From the human T2T-CHM13v2.0 reference genome, Homo sapiens: DNA of 64,000 bases. The notes under the pieces were generated by a model. It ran no database searches. It was not told the origin of the DNA and saw nothing but the letters and a program-made list of their open reading frames with translations. This document shows, one piece after another, positions 30,489 through 44,603 of this stretch. Within the stretch, counting starts at the first letter, position 1; every line of letters begins with the position of its first letter. The stretch lies in the NCBI RefSeq assembly GCF_009914755.1, contig NC_060928.1. One strand, written 5' to 3'. The position numbers and the translations under genes were made by a program.

Positions 30489-31941
30489 TTAACTGTCCTA
30501 TAAGTCAAGTGCTAAAATTTTCAGGAATTATGCACAATAAAAGACCTAGATCCAAATTCCTAGAATACTTTCTGTGACAGAATGCTCCAAGGTTAAATTT
30601 GTAATTAAATTGATTCATCTACATCCAAATAAAAATCAAGAAGTCTTTGTAATAACAATAGACACCATTTACTGAACAATTATCAATTTTGTTGACAATT
30701 TTTTATAATCTTGAAAACAATGCTAGAAAGAAGATATGATTCAAATTGATAGGTGAGGTTAACTAGTCTAGAGCGATTAAGTAGCCGGTTCAAGGCAAGT
30801 CACTGGTACAGCTCAGCTTAGTCTGGATGGAAGTGCCATCTCCTTCCTTTCTCAACATTTCACTGCCTGGCCCCCCATCATGACTGTAGGTATTCCCAAT
30901 ATTCCTCCTTTGTCATGAGAATTCCCAGAAGATAACAGAGAAGACATGAATACAACAACCCAATAGGGCTTCTCCTAAATCTTCCAATAATTACAGCCTG
31001 AAAAGTACTCCGAAGACCCTCTTAAGAAAAGGAACATATTTCACACTATGACACTATGAAAGCCCAGTGCTTCCAAATCCTATTTGTAGTAGGAAAAAGA
31101 AGTCCTGACCTCCTTCACACACTTACATAGTAAGTATGAGGTTCTATCTTGGTCAGGCTGAAAGTTCCATAGCAAACTGATTATTATTTGGAGCTCAGGT
31201 TCTTCCAGGCATTGTGCTGCCCAGCAACCTTTTTTATCACTTCTGAATTCCAAACAATTCTCCACCTCCTTCAGTGTATCAAATCATAAGCATCTGAAGT
31301 GTCAGAAACCTCAACTCAATTTTCTCCCAGGACCTTCTCTAAACTCCTCAAGAATACTCTGGTCTTCAATGAAGACTTAAGTCACCCATTATCCACTTTG
31401 TTCCCTTCTAAAAAGAAAGTGGCCTGTCATGTTATTCCTCTACCCAACATTAAGAGTATCAAACAAAAATCTGCTAATCTGGACTTAACACAAGTTAACA
31501 ACTGAGAGCAATGGTTCTATGAAAACAAAACTGAAAAGATCACTTACTAAGGAAATCCAGTTAGTAAAATAAGTGCTACATCGTGGGTTGTCCCTGCTAG
31601 TGAGCTGTGCTGAATACCTAGGGAGAGGTATACCAGTATACGATTTAAACATTTATATCTCATGAAGCCATTAACACTTTGTAATGAAATGGAACCAATA
31701 CAATATGTGTCTCTTGTTTTGTAAAAGTCATGTAAAATAGCCATTTACTTAATCAGTTTATCTCACCAGAGTGTTACAAAAACTAATTATCAACTGATCA
31801 TTAAAGACAGTTTCAAAGACTAATGCTTAATACACACTAGAATTAAAGTTTTTTCCTATTAAAATATATCTTCAAATGAAAGCACCAAAAAAGTATATGT
31901 TCTTTAATAAAATAATAAAACTTGATAGATACACTAGTCTT

Positions 31942-32109
31942 TATTTTTTTAAGAGACAGAGCCTCGCTATGCTGCCCAGGCTGGAATGCAGAGGCTATTC
32001 ACAGATGTCATCATTGGATACTGCAGCCTGGAACTCCTGGGTTCAAGTAGTCCTCCAGCCTCAATCTCATAAGTAGCTGGGACTACCGGTGCATGACACT
32101 GCACCCATC
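31942..32109 (-). mobile_element. Free Alu monomer (FAM/FRAM-like)
   Basis: Diverged monomer; TSD agayacactagtcttt. Confidence 0.8.
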
Positions 32110-33008
32110 AGACACACTAGTCTTTTAAAAAAAAAATACTGTATACCTAAAGATTCAAAAACATCAAACAATAATGCAATGCAATAGAGTAGAAGGAGCA
32201 AACGCCTTATTTTAAAACAATGGCATGGCTATATCACTTAGTAATCAAAAGGCCTCAAATAATTTTAAGTTCCCAGGAATGTTTAAAATTCTAGATAACG
32301 ACCTGTCTCACAGGGTTGTCAAGAGGACTTAGATAACATTCACTAACTTCAATCAGTGAGCAACTATTATGTCCCAAGCCTTGGAACACATGAAACAAAA
32401 CAAAGTTCACGCTCAGCTTATGTTCTATTTGATGTGGGGAATGGAACACATATGTACTAAATAGGTAGACAAATGAGATCACTTCAGTTATTGGTAAAAC
32501 AGAACAAGTTAATAGTGTCCAGAATATAGAAGGTGCTCATATGTTTCTTCCATTCTTAATGGTGGTATATATCTTCTTCTGTTAAATGTATCATTGTCTC
32601 TGTTCTTGATGAATTTTATAAAAATCAATGTTAAAATATATTTTTTGTTACATTAACCCTTATCCTTGATTCCAAATGGAATGAACAGCGACAATATTAA
32701 TGTTGATTCCATCAGAATAAAATAACCCAATCCGAGACATAGAAGGACTTCTCTGTTCAACAGTCAGAAAACATTGTTAGTACATTCTGAATCAGTAAAT
32801 AATATCTTCCTCCCACCAACATTTATACCTGAATATAGATAATATAAGTTCCAATTCTACTAGTATTTATCAGTGAAACCAGTCTTGGATCACATAATTA
32901 GGACTCTACACACACACATACAAAAAAACAGTCTAAGGATATTTAAGCATTTCATGAATAGGATAAGATTATATCACATCACATGTGATCATTTTGATTT
33001 CTTTATTA

Positions 33009-33338
<330 letters not shown>

Positions 33339-33609
33339 CTATATATAGTAGAAGCCCTTTGCTGTAACACAACTGTTGTCTAATTATTTAATCCAAAACT
33401 CCATTGAAGTAGAAATTGGGGGAAAAACAGATCAAGAGGTTCACTAAAAGTTTTATTTTAACTTAAAATATAAAATTCATGTTTATTCCCCAGCCTTTTG
33501 ATATAGTGCCAAGGCCTTATCTTGCAAGGCAGATATGCTGATTACGCCATTGTCTTTTTGCCTAAAACGAAACCCATGTACATCAGCTATGACTTCAAGT
33601 TTCAATTTC

Positions 33610-35255
33610 TTTTTTCTTTTTTGTTTTTTTGACACGGAGTCTCGCTGTGCAGCCCAGGCTGGAGTGCAGTGGCGCAATCTCGGCTCACTGCAAGCTGCGC
33701 CTCCCGGGTTCACGCCATTCTCCTGAGAGGTGACAGCGCGCTGGCAGTCCTCAGAGCCCTCGCTTGCTCTCGGCACCTCCTCTGCCTGGGCTCCCATTTT
33801 GGTGGCACTTGAGGAGCCTTTCAGCCCACCACTGCACTGTGGGAGCCCCTTTCTGGGCTGGCCAAGGCTGGAGCCCACTCCCTCACCTTGCAGGGAGGTG
33901 TGGAGGGAGAGGCGCGAGCGGAAACCGGGGCTGCCTGCGGCGCTTGCGGGCCAGCTGGAGTTCCGGGTGGGCGTGGGCTTGCCAGGCCCGGCACTCGGAG
34001 CAGACGGCCAGCCCTGCTGGCCCCAGGCAATGAGGGACTTAGCACCCGGGCCAGCGGCTGCGGAGGGTGTACTGGGTCCCCCAGCAGTGCCAGCCCACCA
34101 GCGCTGCGCTCGATTTCTCACCGAGCCTTAGCTGCCTTCCCGCGGGGCAGGGCTGGGGACCTGCAGCCTGCCATGCCTGAGCCTCCCACCCACTCCATGG
34201 GCTCCTGTGTGGCCCTAGCCTCCCCGACGAGCACCACTCCCTGCTCCACGGTGCCCAGTCCCATCGACCACCCAAGGGCTGAGGAGTGCGAGTGCACAGC
34301 ACGGGACTGGCAGGCAGCTCCACCTGCAGCCCCTGTGCAGGATCCACTAGGTGAAGCCAGCTGGGCTCCTGAGTCTGGTGGGGCCTTGGAGAATCTTTAG
34401 GTCTAGCTCAGGGGTTGTAAATACACCAATCAGCACTCTGTATATAGCTCAAGGTTTGTAAATACACCAATCAGCACCCTGTGTTTAGCTCAAGGTTTGT
34501 GAGTGCACCAATCAACACTCTGTATATCTAGCTGCTCTGGTGGGGCCTTGGAGAACCTGTGTGTCCAAACTCTGTATCTAACTAATCTGATGGGGACATG
34601 GAGAACCTTTGTATCTAGCTCAGGGATTGTAAACGCACCAATCAACACGGTGTCAAAACAGGCCACTCAGCTCTACCAATCAGCAGGATGTGGGTGGGGC
34701 CAGATAAGAGAATAAAAGCAGGCTGCCCCAGCCAGCATTGGAAACCCACTCGGGTCCCCTTCCACACTGTGGAAGCTGTGTTCTTTCCCTCTTTGCAATA
34801 AATCTTGCTACTGCTCACTCTTTGGGTCCATGCTGCTTTTATGAGCTGTAACACTCACCGCGAAGGTCTGCAGCTTCACTCCTGAGCCAGTGAGACCACG
34901 AACCCACCAGAAAGAAGAAACTCCCAACACATCTTAACATCAGAAGGGACAGACTCCAGACGCACCATCTTAAGAGCTGTAACACTCACCGCGAGGGTCC
35001 GCGGCTTCATTCTTGAAGTCAGTGAGACCAAGAAACCACCAATTCCGGGGACACTCCTGCCTCAGCCTCCTGAGTAGCTGGGACTACAGGCTCCCGCCAC
35101 CAGGCCCGGCTATTTTTTTTTTTTTTTTTGTATTTTTATTAGAGACGGGGTTTCACTGTGTTAGCCAGGATGGTCTCAATCTCCTGACCTCGTGATCCGC
35201 CCGCCTCGGCCTCCCGAAGTTTTGGGATTACAGGCGTGAGCCACTGCGCCTGGCC
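33610..35255 (-). mobile_element. AluY split in two (33610-33723 and 35054-35255) by an LTR12 insertion
   Basis: The two halves join seamlessly at ...ccattctcc|tgcctcagcc; outer TSD aagtttcaatttcttt. Confidence 0.93.
33724..35053 (+). mobile_element. ERV9 solo LTR (LTR12C-like), 1330 bp
   Basis: TG...CA termini, 4-bp TSD ctcc, GC-rich U3, repeated caccaatca CCAAT motifs, AATAAAA TATA-like box near 34711, AATAAA near 34797. Confidence 0.95.
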
Positions 35256-35958
35256 AAGTTTCAATTTCTTTAAAGTGACAGAAGAAACTGAAGGTATCCA
35301 AGGGCAAAATCCTTCCAATCTTGTATACTTTCCTGGCCTATGTGAAATTCAAATGCACATTTTTCTCGGGAATTAATCTTTATGAAGTCTAACCAAAGCA
35401 TTCAACTTTGTTTACACTGAAACAACTCTTGCTTTTGAATCGCACTTTATTGAATTATGTAATATTTAATTGAATTACATAATCACAATAAGTATAACTG
35501 GCATAAACAGATTTGTTTAAAAATATAACCAATTCTTGTTAAGCCCACAACTTAGCCTGTTAGGAGCAGAAATGGTAGCAGGGAATTTCATCAGTATTTA
35601 GTAGTGTGCTCTACAGGCATTTAAAAATATATTTTACAGAGGAATAGAGGATATTGGTGAAACCAAAGAGTTGTTTGAGAACTTCTAGGAAAATTTTTAA
35701 AATATTAGGCTACTTAACATTTAAAGAAAGTTAAAAATAAAAAAATTATCAATAGCAAAGAATCTTTAAAATATCATTCCCTTCAAATTACACATATTTT
35801 TGTTAAATCATAAGCATCTATAAATAATTCTACAGTTAAAAGCTGCAGGTAGATTTCTATATATTCTAAGCTAGACTTATTCTCGGTTGATTCTCTCACA
35901 AACGTACAACTGTCAGTACAGATTACAATCTTACCTAAAATATCTTAGGAAAAAATAA

Positions 35959-36282
<324 letters not shown>

Positions 36283-36675
36283 TAACTTTTTAAATATTGA
36301 ATTAGTAATTAAAGAAGTTGGAAACAACTGATTCAAGTATAAAGCTTTGAGATTACATGCCATTTTTTTCTCTAAAAGAATAGCTCTTTCTTTGCATCTT
36401 TTTACATGAAGTCTCTCCATATCATCGAGTTCTCCTTTCAGTAAATGAACAAAACTGTAACACCCCTTAGGTGAACTGTACTGGTCATATTTTAATGACT
36501 TCTGGCTAAACCACTGCATTATCTCTATCCCAGAACCACCAGTAAATAGGAAGTAAGATTCACTTATGTTGAGACGCAAGTAACCTATGTGTACATTGGT
36601 ATGAACCGTCATATTTACAATTTGTATATGCAATATAAATTTAGTATCAAATCTTGAGATTCAAGAGAAGGTATT

Positions 36676-37114
<439 letters not shown>

Positions 37115-38064
37115 TCAGTACAAGTACATTGGAAGAGCCAGACACTTTAAAACCAAATCTCTCTACATAAATTGCCAAATAATTTCTTTAAATTAATTTT
37201 AATAGTCATTTCCTGAGGTTGAATTTTTTTTTGCTTCCCCATCCTCAGCCCTGAATTTTATTTTTGAAGAGAAAAATCATGCAAGAGTTATTCCACAAAG
37301 AACCTGTAGCCTCAGAAATTTCAACATACATCAGATTATTTGCTGTTTCATGATTATGCTTTATTTTGATCTTGACTAGTAAAAACATATATACCATAGG
37401 AAATTCTTAATCATTAGATTGACTGCTTATTTGCAAATTAATACAAATTATAAAATCTAATTATTATAAATTGTAACATGTGTGCTGTATTTAAGAGTAT
37501 AAGATAGTCTTTAAAAAAAAGAACCAGTTAAGAGATAAAAGTAAGGAGCCATATAAATAGGCATACCATATTACATTTAAATACCAAGTCCAATTATGTA
37601 GGCTGTAGTAAAGTGAAGAAAACAACTAAATGATTCAAGTAACTGCACATATTAATATATACATATTTTCACTTATGCATATACACTGTTGAACACAAAA
37701 CCAAGTGCTGGCTGATTTATATTTTTTTAATTAAAATTATGAGATGCCAACCCATCAGTGGCCTCATTTCCATTTCTACTCAAATAAGCGAACAGTATAC
37801 AAAATTGGTAACTCCTAATACCAGTACACACTAGACATCAATATATATTTCTTTTTAAAATGTAAAAGCTCCTTCTTTATTCTTTTACGTAACTGGTATT
37901 TTTTAAAAAGAAAGTATGGTTTCTCATAAATATACTATTTTTTAAACTGACATGAAACGATGGTAGGGAGAATATAAGGTAATGGGAACTCTCATATCCT
38001 ACCCTAAGGAGCTTAAAATGATAAAGTTTTCAAAGGTAATCGCATTGTCTATCAAAACTTAAAA

Positions 38065-38395
38065 GGCAGTAGAACAGAAAATAGGAGAATCTAGGAAGGG
38101 CAGGGGGAAGGTGGGGGAATAGGGAGAGATTTGTTAAAAGATACAAAATTGCAGCTAGATAGGAGAAATAAGTTCTAGTGTTCTATACCACTGTAGGATG
38201 ACCATAGTAATAATATACAGTTTCAAACAGCTAGAAGGAAAATATTGAATGTTCTACACAAAGAAATGATAAATGTCTGAGATGATAGATATGCTAATAA
38301 CTCTGGTAAGATCACTATACACTGTAAGTATCAAAACATCGCTATGTAACCCATGAATATGTACAATTATGATGTCAATTTTAACAAATAAAATG
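38065..38395 (+). mobile_element. L1PB/L1MA-type 3' end
   Basis: gatacaaaattgcagctagataggagaaataagttctagtgttctatacc...aatatgtacaattat. Confidence 0.82.
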
Positions 38396-39492
38396 TAATA
38401 TAATTTTAATATGAAATCTTATACTAATAAGCACTCATCCCAAAGTATGAAGTGATATATCAATGAATATTACATAATTATTTTTAATAACTAAAAAGTA
38501 GTCATTCTAAATGTTCCTCTATAAGGAATTGAATAAATCATTATATTCACACAACAAAGCACATTTCAAATGAGACAGGAAGATGTCTATGATGTACTAA
38601 ATGAAAAAGCAAGTATCAGAATGACTTGGACAATAAGTCTCATTTTTTCAAATTCTGCTAATAAAAATGTGTATGTGCATGCTTAAATATGTATACATAT
38701 TAAAATATGCATGGAAAACAGCTATAATACATATCAAACTTGCAGAGGGTTTACAGAAACTCCCTTCTAATAAATAGCATATTAATTTATAGGTACAGCT
38801 ATTTACTCCCTAAAATTAAAAAAAAATCATAGAGAATATTTTAAACTGTTTTAATCAAATATTTGAAAACTTGAAGCATTTTTTCATCTTTTTCCTAATT
38901 TTCCTTTCCTCTAATGTTTGTTAGTTACTATATGCAAGCTGATGTTTATCCTAAAACATATTAACCATTATCCTCTCAAACTTTAAAGAACATTATATTT
39001 ACCTTTGCAGGATTACACATAACAAAAATACTATGATACAAAATAATCCTTGTTCTATTCAAAGATTTAACTTTTTAATATTTCAGCCCAAATATTCATT
39101 ATCTTTTAAAATAAAACAATGGAACATATTTTTAAACAAAATTTAAATGGTTTCTATAGTAACAGACACAATTCAGTATCTTATTTTTTGTTTACATATC
39201 CTATAGGTGTAACTAACATACTGTCAATAACGCTTCAAAATATTTTCCAAAGATCAAAACTATTAAGTGCATTATAGTTTTATCTTGACTTACAGCATAA
39301 ATATTTCTCCAGCTATACTTGAAGAAAAATTTTATTAAAAAAGTAGGCCAACTATATACTTCATTAAACATTTTAATATTTAAACTTGATTTTCAAAATA
39401 TTCCTGCTCACTAGAATTCATACTTGTAAAAATAGTTTTACTTTCCTAAAATACTTTTTTAAAGGATGCAAAGAAATACGTTTTTACTTTAC

Positions 39493-39688
39493 CTAGTTGT
39501 TGGTGTTCGTATTTGTCATAATTACTATGACAGAAATTGGTTCCACCTTGCTCATCCACCGTCTTCTCAGATGAAAGTGAGCTAAGACGTTTCATCTTAA
39601 CTAATCTTGGGGAACTTTCCTCAGTACTAGTATCCAAAACCACATCTCCCGAAAGAATGGGAGGAACAACTCTCTTTAAAAAATCCAT
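39493..39688 (-). CDS. FRYL: Coding part of a second alternative 5' exon: MDFLKRVVPPILSGDVVLDTSTEESSPRLVKMKRLSSLSSEKTVDEQGGTNFCHSNYDKYEHQQL + 1 nt (phase 1)
   Basis: Strong Kozak context (AAAATGG) and an in-frame TAG 15 nt upstream. 196 nt open (65 codons + 1) in non-repeat sequence, ending at donor TAG|GTAAAG. Same phase as the 12618 exon. Confidence 0.7.
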
Positions 39689-40822
39689 TTTAAGGTTCTT
39701 CTACATTACTAGGCCCACAAGCACACAGAAAGGTGCCTATACCAACTTCCTTGATGAGAAGTTCAGGTACACTATTTGTGTCAAAGAGCAAATAAACGTC
39801 ATATGAATTTAGGCGGTGCTAAACCCCAGTCAGTCAATTGCCAGCTGTTTTGAAGCTGATTTTCAGGACATTACTGTTTGTGCTGATAACAAACCAAACA
39901 GCTATAGACCATGAAACTGCCCTTCATGTACGCGTACATGTACAATGGGTGTTAACGACAATACTGAGACCATAAAATATTGAGCGTCCATCTAGTTTAA
40001 CATTTAGATTTTGAAAACTTTCACTGTGATCATGTAAAGAGAAATTTACTTTGGCCTGAGGTGTGTCTTCCTTTTAAATAAACTTAGAGCTGACGTGTAA
40101 AACGGCAACTTGTATTCAAAAGATAATTCTTATCATTTTGAAAATTCACTAACAGACCTCAGGAATGTCAACTTTTATAAAACATGAAAAGGAGTCATTT
40201 AAAACTTTATTCTATATTACAAACATTCTAAAGTTACTTTTAAACACCAAAAAAACTCCCTATTACAATCAATGATACTTATCAATAGTAATGGTGAAAA
40301 CTTCAGCATGAATAACCAAAAAAATTGATAATTTTAAATATATGGATCTAAAAACATAAAGCTGAAGTACTGAAAGTATAAATTCTTAAATTCAATAAAC
40401 ACAGTCATCAACATTATATGTTTTTCAAAATAACTGAGCACCCTACAAAATATTTGGAAATAGCAAAAGTAGCCAATCCTACTGCTTTGATGTAATTCAG
40501 AAGTATAACAAGAGAGTACAATAAAGGAATACCTACAAAAGACTTTGAAAACTGAAAGTTCTCTCCCTTCCTTTGCCTGCCCTCTTGTGGGGTTGTTAAG
40601 TGAGCAAGAAGGAAATGAAAACACAAAGGTAACAGGGTAAAACCCCTAAGCAATCATATCTATAACTCTGAATGACACATAATAATTTAAAAAATCTGAT
40701 TCACTTAGTGAAACACAATACAATCTCATTCTTCCAATGCTCAACATGAAGAAAATGATTTGCATAGTATTTCAAAAGATGAACCACAAATGGTCTACAT
40801 AGAAATCAGGAAAAAATGGTTG

Positions 40823-41997
40823 AAAAAATTAACTCTAGATGGATTAAAGACTTAAATCTAAGACCTAAAAGCATAAAAACCCTAGAAGAAAACCCAGGCA
40901 ATACCATTCAGGACACAGGCATGGGCAAAGACTTCATGACTAAAACTCCAAAAGCAATAGCAACAAAAGCCAAAATTGACAAATGGGATCTAATTAAAGA
41001 GCTTCTGCACAGCCAAAGAAACTATCATCAGAGTGAACAGGCAACCTACAGAATGGGAGAAAATTTTCACAATCTATTCATCTGACAAAGGGCTAATATC
41101 CAGAATCTATAAAGAACTTAAACAAATGTACAAGAAAAAAACAAACAACTGCATCAAAAAGTGGTCAAAGGATATGAACAGACACTTCTCAAAAGAAGAC
41201 ATTTATGCAGCCAACAAACATACGAAAAAAAACCTCATCATCACTGGTCATTAGATAATGCAAATCAAAACCACATTGAGATACCATCTCATGCCAGTTA
41301 GAATGGCGATCATTAAAAAGTCAGGAAACAACAGATGTTGGAGAGGATATAGAGAAATAGAAATGCTTTTACACTGTTCGTGGGAGTGTAAATTAGTTCA
41401 ACCATTGTGGAAGACAATGTGGTGATTCCTCAAGGATCTAGACCTAGAAATACCATTTGACCCAGCAATCCCATTACTGGGTACATACCCAAAGAATTAT
41501 AAATCATTCTATTATAAAGACTCATGCACACGTATGTATATTGCGGCACTGTTCACAATAGCAAAGACTTGGAACCAACCCAAATGCCTATCAATGATAA
41601 ACTGGAGAAAAGAAAATGTGGCACATATATACCATAGAATACTATGCAGCCATAAAAAAGAATGAGTTCATGTCCTTTGCACGGACATGGATGAAGCTGG
41701 AAACCATCATTCTCAGCAAACTAACACAAGAACAGAAAACCAAACACCACATGTTCTCACTCATAATTGGGAGTTGAACAATGAGAACACATGGACACAA
41801 GGAGGGGAATATCACACACTGGGGCCTGTCAGGGGGTGGGGGGCTAGGGGAGGGATAGCATTAGGAGAAACACCTAATGTAGATGATGGGTTGATGGGTG
41901 CAGCAAACCATTATGGCACGTGTATACCTATGTAACAAACCTGCACATTCTGCACATGTATCCCAGAACTTAAAGTATAATTAAAAAAAAAAAAAAG
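40823..41997 (+). mobile_element. 5'-truncated L1PA (L1PA7-like), end of ORF2 plus 3'UTR
   Basis: ORF2 C-terminal peptides ([21 protein letters not shown]), G-rich 3'UTR, A tail, imperfect TSD gaaaaatggkt. Confidence 0.95.
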
Positions 41998-43235
41998 AAA
42001 AATGGGTAAATTTCTGGTTCTGAATTACTTCGTTTTTAATTCTTATTCTCCTATCACATTACTTATTAAGTCAACTAGTCTTCATTTATTTAAAAAGCAT
42101 TCAAGATCCTTTCCATGTAAAGCATTAATATAGTATTAAGGTTCAGAGAAAGTTTAAGGATTTATTAATACAAATCCTGTCTCAAGAACTCCCATAGGAA
42201 AAAAACAACAAAGTCAAGTAAAAGACATAAATTTGTTGCCCTGAAGCAGGTATAGATTCAACAGGAAAAAAGCACTGACTTTTAGAAGCAGATTGTCTCT
42301 TAATCTTCAAGCATAAAAGTGTCAAAATTAAGATCCAATCAGTCTATTCCCCACAAACAGAAAAAACAACTTGTTAGAATGGTAAACTGCATGCCTTAAT
42401 ATGCCTAAAACTCATTCCTTTCTCCCCCTCTCTCCCTCCTTCTCTCTCTGGATATGATCCCATGTTATTTCCATTTTGTCTGTGGTTTTCCCCAGGTCCC
42501 TCTGCAGGTTGTCCTTATCTATGAAGCCCAGAAACACAGTGGTACATAGAAGAATGCTAATTCATGTTTGTTCATGACATGCAAGACAACCATTTGTGTC
42601 ACTGTTAACCTCACCATTCTCAACTGCACTTTCAACTGGAGAGAGCAAGGGGTTAAGGTAATAGGGATAGGATTAGGTGTTATAGAAGATCCCACAGATT
42701 TTTCTCTGATTTCCTTCATTCAACAAATATTTGTTGAATAGCTTCTCTAATGATCTGTGCAAGATATGAAGGCATTGAAGATATGTCTCTCTACCCAAAA
42801 AGCTGACTACTTAAGAAGGGAAATATACTCTCACAGTTATAATATTCTGTGTAGGGTAGGCCAAACCTTTGTTAAGCCTGCACTGCAGTTCAATTTCCTA
42901 TGCTTCATCTGCTTCCTAAGCCCCCTCGTTATAGGTGTTGATTGCTAACAAACATTGAGAGGATCCACTCTGAGACATACAGCAAAGGGGAAGTACTCCA
43001 GTAATGAAACTGTATTTATTACTGACAGGATCTATAAGGAGGAAATGCCACAAAGCCTTGTTTACATGGTGATACTTCTAAGCACTTTAGCTGATTACCA
43101 CAACTTTTAACTCCTGGTATAATAGTTATAGGATCAAGAAATTATAGTAGAACCTCACAGCTAAAATACAGCATTTAAAAATCTTTTCAGACCTCAATCA
43201 CTATTTAGCCTTGAGAATATTTACTATAATCTTAC

Positions 43236-43358
43236 CGTATCACTTGAGACAGTAATTTCTTGGTGACTTGGATCATCTAATCCTATGACTCTTGAGTGGT
43301 TTCAGGAATTAAGCATTTAGATGTTAACCATCCAAGATACCAATAAATGGCTTCAGCT
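43236..43358 (-). other. FRYL: Internal non-coding 5'UTR exon (123 nt)
   Basis: Acceptor gtttttcttcag|AG and donor ACG|GTAAGA. It contains three uATGs and has a stop (TGA) in the frame that would end in phase 1. Confidence 0.8.
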
Positions 43359-43507
43359 CTGAAGAAAAACAAAATACATTTACACGTTAGGTGCGTTTAA
43401 CACCTGTGTGTTACTCACATCCATCCTTCTGAACACATTTTATACATTTTATACACCAGTGTCACCTAGTGCTGCAGAGATCCTCTTTCAATAATGTTAC
43501 ATGACAT

Positions 43508-43960
43508 TTTTTCTAAGTTTTTTATTATGGAAAATTTCAAACTAATCCAAAATTATTAAGAATAGTATCATGAACCCCCCACCATTCCCAGCTTCAACAA
43601 TTAACTCATGGCAAATCATGTTTCATTTATATCTTCATCCACTTTCCCCAACCTCTATCCCACCACTCTGGATTATTCTAAAGCAAATTCCAGACATTAT
43701 AACATTTCATCTGTAGATAATTCATTATGTATCTCTCTAAGACAAGGATTTACTTTGTAAAAATAAGTTAATACCATTATAATGCTTACATTAATAATCA
43801 TCTACTACTATAATAATAATAATCAACTACTAATCATCACTCAAATTTCCCCAATTGTCTCATAAGTATCTTTTTAACAATTTTCTCTAAATTTAAACAA
43901 AATCCATACAGGCAATTGTGACCATATCTCTTAAATAAATTTTAATCTATAGTTTTTCTC
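43508..43960 (-). mobile_element. Old L1MC/ME-type fragment
   Basis: tttttattatggaaaatttcaaa...ggattattctaaagcaaattccagacattat. Confidence 0.6.
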
Positions 43961-44284
43961 CTCCCTTTCTTCTGTATAGAGTGACAATGCTTTTACTAGC
44001 CAATGGTTAAACTAATACACCACAACTTAATTATTCAATAATACATTATTTTATTCACTAAAATAAATATAGATTTGTAAAATAGTTCATGTATCTGCTA
44101 GGCCTGATATTTATCACATCTACAGATAACATTTGGGATGCATATTTTTCAGAGTCTACCTAAAATAACTCTGAGGGCGTCATGGACCATGAACTACTGT
44201 ACCATATCTGTAATACTTGGATGGTTACTAAGAATAAAGAAAATGACCACAGGGAATTGGGAATTGTCTTTTTACCATTTATAA

Positions 44285-44603
<319 letters not shown>

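Noticed and set aside
32520-32830. Possible minus-strand exon near ctatattcag|gtataa
   Set aside because: Stops appear early in all three frames and I found no convincing partner splice site.
33483-34400. Overlapping 100-212 aa ORFs
   Set aside because: They lie in the GC-rich U3 of LTR12 and the adjacent Alu, where stops are rare; no protein-family signal.
40816-41935. ORFs with L1 ORF2 peptides (also 54069-55149)
   Set aside because: Frameshifted fragments of truncated, inactive L1PA copies; recorded as mobile elements, not genes.
42718-42739. 22-bp perfect palindrome attcaacaaatatttgttgaat
   Set aside because: A common by-product of L2 3'-end sequence; no independent sign of function.
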